Source of the DNA: an uncultured Limnohabitans sp.
GTDB taxonomy: Bacteria; Pseudomonadota; Gammaproteobacteria; Burkholderiales; Burkholderiaceae_C
DNA length: 45,029 bases
Assembly (NCBI GenBank): GCA_964431215.1
Contig: CAYSIY010000001.1
Span: forward strand, 1-45,029
Direction: 5' to 3'
In this document: positions 1-8,678 of the stretch, piece after piece
How the letters are laid out: every line of letters begins with the position of its first letter
Position numbering within the stretch: the stretch's first letter is position 1
Program-made: the position numbers and the translations under genes
The notes under the pieces: generated by a model
What the model was told of the DNA's origin: nothing
Seen by the model: only the letters and a program-made list of their open reading frames with translations
The model's database searches: none

Positions 1-913
1 GGCTGATGCAGTTTGAACCTGATAGCGTAGAGCCAGCGGGGCAGGTGTAGTTGGGCGTTGCGTTCGTGGTTGTGGTTTGAACGCAGGTGGTTCCAGATAA
101 TGTTTGCCCTGCTGGGCAGGCATATACGGGTTTTGCTGCACCGCTGGTGTTGTATTGGCAGTAGTCCCCGTTTTGAACGCCTTCGGAACAACTTACGTTT
201 TTTATCGCTTCCGCGAGCGTTGTGTTGATTACGATGTTTGAATACTGGGAGCAGGTTTCGGTGTTCGAGTCTTGCGATTTGAAACACACGTTCTCTTCAT
301 ACTCCGCTGGTTTGACCACTACGGATTTTTGTTGGCAAATCTGGCCAGTGGTAGTTTCTGCATTCGTTTGTGACTGCTTGATCAGGTCGAATACCGAGTC
401 GGTTTCTTTGACCTGGCTTGAAAAGTCAAATTTGTTTGCTCCGCTGCCATAGCTGCCGTTGCAGAAAGTCCCGCCGACTGTCGCGCCGGTGGGCCCACCT
501 GTCGAGTTGATGATTGCAGATTGCCCTGCGTTGGGGGTGAGACAGCGCTGGCTCATGAAGTTGACCGCAGCACACTCCTGGTCGGCCTCCGGGTTCCCGG
601 TGGGGACGTAGTTCGCGCATCGGTCCATTGCGGCGTTACCGAGGCCAGCGAGCCCGATTGTTTTTGCTTGCGTCAGTGCTGCTGTGCCGTCGATTGGCTT
701 GGAAAACGATCCCATGCCCTGCGGCACGGAGCCGGGGATTGCCGAGCTGGACCAGGCTGGTGCAGCGCTGGAGGGATTAATGATCTGGCCTGCGTTTTTT
801 GGAGAAATGGTGTTTCCAAAGTTGACACCCTCTTGCATCATTTGCGTGTTTTGCGCATGGGCTGCAGAGCACAGCATGAGGCTGGAGACCATGAGCAATC
901 GGGACAGAATCAT
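1..913 (-). CDS. traN: Mating-pair stabilisation protein TraN, N-terminal part (runs off the left edge)
   Basis: Not in the ORF track because it has no stop in the window. Manual translation from ATG 913 (ATGA overlap with the upstream stop) gives MILSRLLMVSSLMLCSAAHAQ... with a signal peptide, many Cys, and repeats YACPAGQTLSGTTC and YTCPAGSTLSGSNC typical of TraN. Lies in an F-type tra context. Confidence 0.8.
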   Translation of the reverse strand, partial: MILSRLLMVSSLMLCSAAHAQNTQMMQEGVNFGNTISPKNAGQIINPSSAAPAWSSSAIPGSVPQGMGSFSKPIDGTAALTQAKTIGLAGLGNAAMDRCANYVPTGNPEADQECAAVNFMSQRCLTPNAGQSAIINSTGGPTGATVGGTFCNGSYGSGANKFDFSSQVKETDSVFDLIKQSQTNAETTTGQICQQKSVVVKPAEYEENVCFKSQDSNTETCSQYSNIVINTTLAEAIKNVSCSEGVQNGDYCQYNTSGAAKPVYACPAGQTLSGTTCVQTTTTNATPNYTCPAGSTLSGSNCIS

Positions 914-1419
914 TTCTTTTCTCCCTGTGCGCTTTGCGTCCGCTTTTGCACCTGCTCTCTGGTCAGGCCGCCACGGGCCAGTGCTCTGGCGATGGCTTCT
1001 TTGACTTCGGCGGTTTCAGAAGGTGCGCTGCCGTCCTTGCATTTTGCTGAATAAGGGACGAGGCCTATATCCGGGCACAAACGCAATGGGGGCATCCCGT
1101 CTTCACAAACATTTAATTCGCCGCCCATTTCTGGGAAAGCGGTGTTCGAGCTGGGCTGGAAGGTGATAAATCCGACTCTTCCGCAGTGGGCTTGCTGGGT
1201 GAATCTCTCAATTCTCCAGGCAATAACCTCGACCGGGCCGGTTTTCCCTGTCCGGCTTTGAATTGCTTGCACTCCGCTATTAAAAACACTGTCGGATGGA
1301 AGGGGTGCTGTTGCCCTGCCGTTCAGGAGGGCTTCTGCAAATATGCTCATGGGCTGGGCGCCACAAAAACCGCAAGCCGAGAGCAGGAAAACAGCAATGA
1401 TTAATTTTTCTGTTTTCAT
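910..1419 (-). CDS. Secreted Cys-containing hypothetical protein, translationally coupled to traN
   Basis: 169-aa ORF with an N-terminal signal peptide; 4-bp overlaps with both neighbours. Confidence 0.75.
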   Translation of the reverse strand: MKTEKLIIAVFLLSACGFCGAQPMSIFAEALLNGRATAPLPSDSVFNSGVQAIQSRTGKTGPVEVIAWRIERFTQQAHCGRVGFITFQPSSNTAFPEMGGELNVCEDGMPPLRLCPDIGLVPYSAKCKDGSAPSETAEVKEAIARALARGGLTREQVQKRTQSAQGEKK

Positions 1420-2684
1420 TTATACCCTTGTGCGATATAAGCAGATTCGAAGATATCTATTTCTTGCTGCGTAAATGGTAAGTATGGGGCTGGCCAGGAG
1501 TACCTGAATCGATTAGCTTGACGGAGTTTTTTTAATTCCGAAATCTCGGCGGGCACAAAACCACTTACTCCTTGAACTATTTGATCCCTCATGAATGCGG
1601 GGGCAGTTGCAGTCCCAGCATCCTGATCAATGAAGTTCAGGCAGCGTTGTGCTTCGCTGCGCCAATCCGTGCCTTTGGTGTCGTAAAAGTGCTTGCCGAC
1701 CAAAACGTATTTGCAGAAAGTGGCATTGGGGTCTGCTTTTGCTTCGCGCCTGGAGGCTTGGACAAGAGCCGCAAAGCCTTCGTCGGCTCCTGTCGCGACG
1801 CTGTCTCTGAGCCAAATGACCCTCTGCTGCAGCGGCTGCTTTTCATCGGTTGCGCGGGCCAGGTTGGCCAGGGCGGAGGGGCACCCCTGTGCTGCCGCCC
1901 TCGACTCTGCGATCTGGCCTGCCCGGTACGTAAGGTAAGAGAGCATTCCGCAGACGCGACCCGACGTGTCCTTGTGCCGCTTGCTTGCATCGGCAAGCAG
2001 TTCTATTGCGCGCCTGCTGTCGGCTTTCTGCCCTCTGCCGTAGGCCACCATCAAGGCCATGTTGTAAATGGCCGGAGAATAGTTTTTGTTTGCCGCAGCG
2101 AGGTAGAGCTGCCAGGCCTTGCTGACATTCTTGTTCGTGTTGTAGGCGCCTGTTTCATGGAGGAACCCCATGAAATGCAATGCCTCGGGGGTGCCAGCAG
2201 AAGCTATCGATGCCAACTTGCGAATCGTTTGCTGTTGTATTGGTGGCGGCAAGCCGGGCAGCGACCGAATTTCGGTGATGACGGCCTTACCTTCGGGGCT
2301 CACGGTAATTGTCTCGCCGAGCTTGAGCTGAGTGCCAAGCCCGTCGAATTTTGGAAGGCGGTCCTTGATGCTTTCAACAACGCTTGCAGACGTTGCCTCA
2401 ACGGCCTGCTTGTTGGATGCGGCTTGTCGCTCAGATTCGAGCTGGACTTGCTCTCCAGCAGTGATAAATCTGCTCGTCCTCGGTTGGCTCGCTGCGCTGG
2501 CCACTGCTGCTTTGGCGCTCTGGTGCTGGATTTCGGCCTGGGCTTTCACGTCTGGGCTGTTGACGATACTGCCAAACCTTCTTTGGTGGCTATCAGGCTG
2601 CTCGGGAGCTGACGTCTGTGCAGCAGACAGAAGAGGCAACAGAAGCAGCAAGATGCCTCGGTGGGGCGATCGCATGAACGTCAT
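1416..2684 (-). CDS. Secreted Sel1-like (TPR) repeat protein
   Basis: Signal peptide, then Sel1 repeats (ALHFMGFLHETG...KAWQLYLAAANKNYSPAIYNMALMVAYGRG...AIELLADA). Confidence 0.8.
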   Translation of the reverse strand: MTFMRSPHRGILLLLLPLLSAAQTSAPEQPDSHQRRFGSIVNSPDVKAQAEIQHQSAKAAVASAASQPRTSRFITAGEQVQLESERQAASNKQAVEATSASVVESIKDRLPKFDGLGTQLKLGETITVSPEGKAVITEIRSLPGLPPPIQQQTIRKLASIASAGTPEALHFMGFLHETGAYNTNKNVSKAWQLYLAAANKNYSPAIYNMALMVAYGRGQKADSRRAIELLADASKRHKDTSGRVCGMLSYLTYRAGQIAESRAAAQGCPSALANLARATDEKQPLQQRVIWLRDSVATGADEGFAALVQASRREAKADPNATFCKYVLVGKHFYDTKGTDWRSEAQRCLNFIDQDAGTATAPAFMRDQIVQGVSGFVPAEISELKKLRQANRFRYSWPAPYLPFTQQEIDIFESAYIAQGYK

Positions 2685-2721
2685 TTGCTTTAGGTGCGAA
2701 ATAAAAGATGAGCCGTGTGTT

Positions 2722-2751
2722 ACTTTATCACAACTAAACGTAAAATGTTTA
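2722..2751 (-). promoter_or_regulatory. Candidate extended -10 promoter for the Sel1-hyp-traN unit
   Basis: Minus strand TAAACA-ttttacg-TTTAGTTG-TGA-TAAAGT; shares this motif with 19261-19290. Confidence 0.4.
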
Positions 2752-2786
2752 GTTTTACGATGGGGCTTTCTTTGAAAGATTCGGCA

Positions 2787-4265
2787 ATGGACGTAGGCAC
2801 ACTGGACATGGAATTTTCTGATGTCTCAGACATCGAGCGGCTGTCTGACCGCGAGTTGCGGGGTGTGATGGTCGTCTCGGCGAGCGACCCTGCACAGCGG
2901 CGCATAGAACACTACCTCCGAAGACTATTTGTTTGGGCCATCATTCACAAGGCGTCGGACATTCACATCGAGGGCCGGGGCGAGGAACAAAAGCCTGCCG
3001 TGCACCTTCACGTTCGAACACATGCCGGTATCCGAAATTTCGTTTACACGGGCGACCATGGGAGGCATTTTCAATCGAAGTTGTTTGGTCTGACCAATAC
3101 ACCACAGGGGGCTACTACGCCCACAGCCATCAGCACTCGCTTTTCTGTTGCTCTTCCAGCTGCATACGCCGAGGCTCACGGCTTGCAGTGCCGGCGCGGG
3201 GCCGTTCAATACGAGGTTGACCTCAGAGTTGAGTACATAAAGACTTTCGACAGCTTCAGTTTCGTATGCCGTTTGCTGGATCAGCAGCGGACGCCGGGGC
3301 TCAGTGAGCTGAACCTTTCGAAGGCGCTTTTGAGCACGATTTATCGTAGCGTTGGGTCACCAAGCGGTCTTGTGGTTGCTTCGGGTCCTACTGGCTCCGG
3401 GAAAAGCACGCTGCTCAACGCCATCCTTGGCTACCTAAATGATGGCCAGCGCTCAATCATCACCATCGAAAATCCAGTGGAGTTTCGCTTGCACGGTGAT
3501 GGACCGATAAAGCAGATTCCAGTGACTCCGGACTTCAGCTTTGCGCGTGCGCTTCGCTCGGTGTTGCGTGCAGACCCCGATGTCATTCTGGTCGGCGAGA
3601 TCCGCGACGAGGAGACCATGAAGATCGCTATGGATGCGGCCAAAACAGGGCATTTGGTGCTGAGCACGGTTCACTCCAACAACTCGCACGAAACAATTTC
3701 CAGGCTGATCGGACTTGGGGCAGACCCGGTCAGTATTGCCGATACTTTGAAGCTGGTGCTCGCCCAACGCCTGTTGCCCGTTTATGACGGCCCAGCGCTA
3801 GAACGTGAGCTAACTGCTGACGAAATGCATTGGCTCAGCGTCAATGGCATGGGTCACATCAGGTCGATTGTCGAGCCAGATGTAACACGTAAAAGCGGTC
3901 GGGTATCGGTCATCGAAGCGGTTGAAATGGACTACCAGATAAAGCGCTACATCCGTGATGGCGGGGCCGATTCATCGAAGATATACGAAATTGCGCGAGA
4001 ACAAGATCAATACGAGAGCCTGGCGTCCGCTGGCGTTCGCGCAGTTGAGAGTTTCGGCTGCCGACTTGAAGACTGTATGCTCAACCTTGAATCCAACACG
4101 GAAGCTCGGGCACTGCCCTGCCGAAGGATTAGGCTCGCTGTGGAGTACAGTGCAACGCTCGAGGAAGTCTCTAGTGCAATGGATGAAGCCTATTTGGCAA
4201 GGGACAAGACCAAGACGGCAGTGGAGGTCGAGTTGGCAAAGATTCTTGGAGGCCACAGGAAATGA
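2787..4265 (+). CDS. GspE/PulE/PilB-family secretion ATPase
   Basis: ASDIHIE motif, Walker A GPTGSGKST, TIENPVE Asp box, LRADPDVILVGEIRD Walker B, TGHLVLSTVH His box. Start placed at ATG 2787; uncertain. Confidence 0.9.
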   Translation: MDVGTLDMEFSDVSDIERLSDRELRGVMVVSASDPAQRRIEHYLRRLFVWAIIHKASDIHIEGRGEEQKPAVHLHVRTHAGIRNFVYTGDHGRHFQSKLFGLTNTPQGATTPTAISTRFSVALPAAYAEAHGLQCRRGAVQYEVDLRVEYIKTFDSFSFVCRLLDQQRTPGLSELNLSKALLSTIYRSVGSPSGLVVASGPTGSGKSTLLNAILGYLNDGQRSIITIENPVEFRLHGDGPIKQIPVTPDFSFARALRSVLRADPDVILVGEIRDEETMKIAMDAAKTGHLVLSTVHSNNSHETISRLIGLGADPVSIADTLKLVLAQRLLPVYDGPALERELTADEMHWLSVNGMGHIRSIVEPDVTRKSGRVSVIEAVEMDYQIKRYIRDGGADSSKIYEIAREQDQYESLASAGVRAVESFGCRLEDCMLNLESNTEARALPCRRIRLAVEYSATLEEVSSAMDEAYLARDKTKTAVEVELAKILGGHRK

Positions 4266-4882
4266 GATCTCGCCGATTTTTTCTGGGAGCGATGGGCGCT
4301 AGTGCAGTTCAAGCCGCGCTCTCGCAGCCGGTGATGGAGGTACCCAAGCCCTATCTGCAGGTTCCGACTGTCGCGGGTGATGAAAGAACTGTGAGAGTGT
4401 TCTTTTCGCCGTCTTGTCAATACTCCAGGATGTATGTTCCCTTTTTTCGAAACCTCGCATCGACTTTGCCTGCGGATCGCCGCCTTGTTTACTCTCCGGT
4501 AGTCAACAAGGGGGATGGAATTGCTTATGCAATGGCGTTTGCAGCAGTTGAGTCCTTCTACCCTGTCCTAGTGGACCAATTTATTGAAGCTTCGATGGTG
4601 GCTGCTCAAGACAAAGGCATCGCGACAGGGGCCTGGGCTGGCATTGAGCGCATCGGGCGAGCGGCTGGTATGCCGATCAGACTTCCAGAACTTGTCCTCA
4701 AAAATTCAACCTTAGTGCAAAATGCTGTTCATCGAATGATTTCCGTGCGGTCGAGCATGCAGGTTGTCAACACGCCTGCAGTGGCCGTGGCGGGAACTTA
4801 TGTGGTCACACCCGAAGTCACCAAGGGTGATGCCGCACTTTTCAGCCAACTCGTCAATGGAATCATCAGCATGGCCAGGTGA
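4262..4882 (+). CDS. DsbA-like thioredoxin-fold protein with CxxS motif and Tat-like signal
   Basis: VRVFFSPSCQYS aligns with the DsbA EFF...CPHC region; C-terminal VNTPAVAVAGTY cis-Pro loop; N-terminus MRSRRFFL. Confidence 0.7.
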   Translation: MRSRRFFLGAMGASAVQAALSQPVMEVPKPYLQVPTVAGDERTVRVFFSPSCQYSRMYVPFFRNLASTLPADRRLVYSPVVNKGDGIAYAMAFAAVESFYPVLVDQFIEASMVAAQDKGIATGAWAGIERIGRAAGMPIRLPELVLKNSTLVQNAVHRMISVRSSMQVVNTPAVAVAGTYVVTPEVTKGDAALFSQLVNGIISMAR

Positions 4883-4923
4883 GGACATCCTGATGATGAC
4901 TTGTTGGCAAACAGGTAATTGAC

Positions 4924-5289
4924 ATGAGCGCTTTGACAAAAACACAGATACAAAAAATACAAGATGCTTTGATTAGGGGAGTCAAGGATCTCGTCATCGC
5001 CAGGCGCCTGGGCATACCGGCCAAGGCGGTTTCGGATTACCGCAAAGGGCTGGGTATTTCTCGTGAGCTGATCACCGAATGGCGGCATGATGAATGGAAG
5101 GCGATGCTGTACGCGGGCTATTCGCTTGAGCACATCGCGGTTCTTTATGGAGTCAAGCCCAACTCGATCAAACTGATGCTTTGGCACGGCGAACGATTTA
5201 GCCTTAAAGAGGCCAAGAAGCAGGCCGCAAAGGGTCATCTGGCCATGCAGATGAATAGGACAGGAGGTCCTACAGATTTTGCCTGGTAG
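4924..5289 (+). CDS. Small basic protein with two HTH-like segments (putative regulator)
   Basis: GVKDLVIARRLGIPAKAV and GYSLEHIAVLYGVKPNSI resemble tandem helix-turn-helix units. Confidence 0.55.
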   Translation: MSALTKTQIQKIQDALIRGVKDLVIARRLGIPAKAVSDYRKGLGISRELITEWRHDEWKAMLYAGYSLEHIAVLYGVKPNSIKLMLWHGERFSLKEAKKQAAKGHLAMQMNRTGGPTDFAW

Positions 5290-5302
5290 CATTCGATGAA
5301 CC

Positions 5303-5332
5303 AAAAAAAACGGCTCCTTTCGGGGCCGTTTT
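5303..5332. terminator. Bidirectional intrinsic terminator
   Basis: A8-CGGCTCC-TTTC-GGGGCCG-TTTT between convergent genes. Confidence 0.75.
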
Positions 5333-5353
5333 GCTTAAGGTGTGCAGAGAGTT

Positions 5354-5578
5354 TCAGTGGCTAGGGTTCCCGTAAGAAGAGCCCATTGCATCGAAGCTGC
5401 TGCCCGGAATCATTGGTGTCCCATCGGTGTTGTAGGCGGGCAAAGTGCTCATATCTAGTGGGGGACCGTCGTTCGAGGCGCCTGCGCGAGGTGCTCGTAA
5501 AAAAGACACCAGAATGGCGATGGGGGGCACGCCAAAAAATAAAAAGATGAAAAGAAATTCCAAAAGATAATCTAACAT
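5354..5578 (-). CDS. Small membrane protein directly downstream of traG (entry-exclusion candidate)
   Basis: 74 aa, one N-terminal TM segment, RBS GGAGAG upstream; position matches traS/eex-type genes. Confidence 0.55.
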   Translation of the reverse strand: MLDYLLEFLFIFLFFGVPPIAILVSFLRAPRAGASNDGPPLDMSTLPAYNTDGTPMIPGSSFDAMGSSYGNPSH

Positions 5579-5634
5579 TTTTCTCTCCCGGTGCAGGCTT
5601 GTATGAGTAGTTTGCCCGAAGTCGGGTCAAAAGT

Positions 5635-8600
5635 CTACTGTTTTTCGGGTTTATCTTCCGCCAGGGTGACTTTTGTGTTTGCGCCCCCCATGACAGCGGT
5701 TGCCACATTCTCTTTGACTAGATGGGCTGCGCGGCGGGCTGTCCCCTTTGGGTCTTCCTGCGTCAATCCAGCATCGGCAGCCCTCTTGAATGCGTCGTTA
5801 ACTCGATTGATTGCTCCGCTTTCCAGTTCTTGCCGCATCCCCGCAATTGACATTGGTGGGCGCTCTGGCGCTGGCGTGGGAGCCTTGTTCGCGCTGGATG
5901 CACCGGCGCCGGGCTGCTTTCGGGTTTTGCCGAGCTCGGCTGCCGGTGCTTGAGCTGCAGCGGTTGCTGGTACCCTGTCCAGCCTGGGTCCTCGCGCATC
6001 GAGGTTTCTCGAATCAACGCCGGTTGCGTTCTCCGGCCTTCCAAGATTGCCGGTGTTGACTGTGGCCACGGTGCCCACAGCAGGGCGCATACCGCTGATG
6101 GCGAGGCCTTGGTCGGTCAGATAGCTGGCTGCGGCCTGACGGTCGCTTTCAGAGGCGTTTTTGTCGTTGTAGAGGCGCACAGCGGCGCTGTGGTTGAGGG
6201 CCGCTTGTTGAGCCATCGGTGAACTGAAAACCAGGCGATCCGTTTCGCCGGACTGAAACTGTTCTCTTGCAGCCGCGAGGTGCTGCTGCGCGGCGGGCAG
6301 CTGAGAAAATTTGTTTCCTTCGCCCATGAGGAACCGCTGATAGCCGCGATTGACGTTGGCGTGTTGTGCGAGGTTTTCTGTCGCAATGGTATTGGAGAAT
6401 GAAACCAGGCTGTTTGTGGCTTGTTTCGTCTGCGAGCTGCTGTCTTTGTCCGAGGCGGACTCAGTTAAGGTCTGTGAGTACTGCTGCTGCTTTTGCAGCA
6501 TGGTCTCCAGCGCATTAACCTTGCTGTGGTTTTCAGATGTCCTGGAGGTGTTGGCCAGCTCCTTGGCAATGGCCGATTCGACAGCTTTGCTTTTACGAAG
6601 TGCGTCTTCTTTTCGGGCTTGTTCGGACTGCGCGAGGGAGTCTTGAGTCTGAGCCGCTGTATCTCCTCTGAGAGATGCGCCGAGGCCTGCGCCGATTCCA
6701 GATTTTTCACCGCCTACGCCTGCACTAAAGCTGGAAGATGCACCCGCACCGACAACAGTGTTGTTGCTGTTTTTCTTGTCGGCGCTCACCGACGAAGTTG
6801 CGGCTGTTGCGCTGTCTCTGGCCAGCGACTCGCGTGCGCTGTCTGAAATGCGGTTGACCGTGGATCTGTCAAGGCCGGTGGAGTAGGTGTCGGTTTTCCC
6901 GGCTTTCTCAAGGATCGAATTGGTCTGCGTTTCACCTTCTGTGATGACACGCTGTCGTGAGATTTCCTGTGCTCTGCTTTGAGTGACCTGCTGCGAAAAA
7001 TTACCGTAGGTCTCGGCAAGCTTCACGAAAGGTGTCGCCCCTGATTCGGTGACCTTGGACCAACCATCTGCGCCCTGCTGGATTCGTGCAATGGAACCGG
7101 TCTGAACTATCGGTGAGGAAGATTGGATTTCGGGCGCGGCGGCGGCCCCCGCTCTTGAGGTATCGCTTGACATTTTGCTGGCCACAGAAACGCTTGCGCT
7201 CGATGCGCCCAACGCGAAGATCATGCTAAGCAAGACTGGAAGACTTGACTGGATCATCGTTGCCACCCCAATTTGCTTGCTGAACTCCTTGTAGGCCTCA
7301 ATGGCCAGTGGCTGTGTCAAATAGCCGCCTTGCGTGAGCGTCCTCATGAAGTCAGCGAGGTGGGTGTAGATCATGCCGTTGATCAACTCATTACCAACAT
7401 TGGCAACGAGTATCGGCCAAACGGTGACGTGCGCAGCCATGTACATGGCCTTTGCGGCACCACCTCCCATGAACATCATGAACATGATCAGGACGGGGCC
7501 GAGTCCGACAACCAGGGCGAGCATGTGCTCGGCGAAGGCCCCGGCGTACGTTGTTGATTGCGCCGTAGAGGCAGCTCTCGTAATGTTCGTGCGTTCTATT
7601 TCAAGGGCTTGTATCGCGCTTGCTTGGCAGGTGGTCCTGTTGGGGCCGTCGGTTCGCAAGCAATTGAGGTTGGAGCTTACGATTTCATCGAAGAAAAGGT
7701 TCAAGATTTCCGTTGTCGCTTGCGCATTTCCTCCTGCGAGCACGTTTGTGGCTGATGTTGACTTTCGGATGGCGGCCCATTGCACGATCAGTCGATCAAT
7801 GGAGTAGTCGCCGGTTGACGAGGGGTTGCTGGGCGTGAACGAGCTGCCAAGAACCACCCGCTTGAACTCTGGGGAGTCAAGCGCTGTTTCGATTTGCTGG
7901 GCTACATATGTGGCCGCTTCCGGGCATGTCATTATTTCGGAGGCGTTCACGACCAGGTCTGGCACAAACCCCGTCGTGTTCAAGGATGCCTGGTACAGCA
8001 GCTGAGCAATACCCGCGCTGTTAGAGCCCTTGATGCTGATGGTGCTGCCGTAGTTGACCGGCCCCGCCTTCCTTACTTTGTCGATGACGCTTGCGTAGTC
8101 ATAGCCCGAATCGTAGCCAATACATGCACCTACGACTGACCGGATCATTGAGTCAAGACCCCCCAGTCGCATGGCTGCGCTGCGCGATGTCAACAAAATC
8201 TTCAGGGGGTTGATGACGCCTTCAGTGCCAGCAGCGATTGTGGGGTATTCCGAGGAAGTGTTGCCGTATGCCGTCTTGATGATCGTCTTCAAGTCGGTGC
8301 CCAGCTGACTGGCGGCCGCAGGCAGGATGGCGATGGCGTCCGGCACGTTGTCGACGCGGGAAACTTTTCCGGTGACGACGTTCTCGATGTTCACTGATGA
8401 TTTGAGTGCGGGCGTTGTGAGCAACATCGCCAGTATCAGCGGCATGATGATATTCAGGGAGCCCATTGCTAGCTTGCCCCCGCCTTGTCCGGTTGATGAA
8501 GCGATGGTGGCGGCCGTCACTTCACGCATGATGTTCCACATGGAGACCATCAAAGCAAAGCCCCATATCCAGGTCGTTTCTTTGCAGATCATCGCGACCC

Positions 8601-8667
8601 CATTCAAAATTGAATAGAGCAGCGTGGTGTCTGTAAAGGTGGTCTCGATGGTGAGGTTGCCCAGCAT
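5635..8667 (-). CDS. traG: Conjugal transfer protein TraG (F-type, VirB6-like N-terminus)
   Basis: About 1010 aa from ATG 8667 (RBS AAGGAG). Multi-TM N-half with LNGVAMI and VDNVP motifs, Ser/Thr/Gln-rich C-half; follows traH. Confidence 0.9.
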   Translation of the reverse strand: MLGNLTIETTFTDTTLLYSILNGVAMICKETTWIWGFALMVSMWNIMREVTAATIASSTGQGGGKLAMGSLNIIMPLILAMLLTTPALKSSVNIENVVTGKVSRVDNVPDAIAILPAAASQLGTDLKTIIKTAYGNTSSEYPTIAAGTEGVINPLKILLTSRSAAMRLGGLDSMIRSVVGACIGYDSGYDYASVIDKVRKAGPVNYGSTISIKGSNSAGIAQLLYQASLNTTGFVPDLVVNASEIMTCPEAATYVAQQIETALDSPEFKRVVLGSSFTPSNPSSTGDYSIDRLIVQWAAIRKSTSATNVLAGGNAQATTEILNLFFDEIVSSNLNCLRTDGPNRTTCQASAIQALEIERTNITRAASTAQSTTYAGAFAEHMLALVVGLGPVLIMFMMFMGGGAAKAMYMAAHVTVWPILVANVGNELINGMIYTHLADFMRTLTQGGYLTQPLAIEAYKEFSKQIGVATMIQSSLPVLLSMIFALGASSASVSVASKMSSDTSRAGAAAAPEIQSSSPIVQTGSIARIQQGADGWSKVTESGATPFVKLAETYGNFSQQVTQSRAQEISRQRVITEGETQTNSILEKAGKTDTYSTGLDRSTVNRISDSARESLARDSATAATSSVSADKKNSNNTVVGAGASSSFSAGVGGEKSGIGAGLGASLRGDTAAQTQDSLAQSEQARKEDALRKSKAVESAIAKELANTSRTSENHSKVNALETMLQKQQQYSQTLTESASDKDSSSQTKQATNSLVSFSNTIATENLAQHANVNRGYQRFLMGEGNKFSQLPAAQQHLAAAREQFQSGETDRLVFSSPMAQQAALNHSAAVRLYNDKNASESDRQAAASYLTDQGLAISGMRPAVGTVATVNTGNLGRPENATGVDSRNLDARGPRLDRVPATAAAQAPAAELGKTRKQPGAGASSANKAPTPAPERPPMSIAGMRQELESGAINRVNDAFKRAADAGLTQEDPKGTARRAAHLVKENVATAVMGGANTKVTLAEDKPEKQ

Positions 8668-8678
8668 GGCCGTCTCCT

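Noticed and set aside
1572-2612. 346-aa plus-strand ORF and other long antisense ORFs (e.g. 9622-10317, 16137-16808, 32405-33064, 37286-37921)
   Set aside because: Shadow frames opposite well-supported genes; no recognisable motifs.
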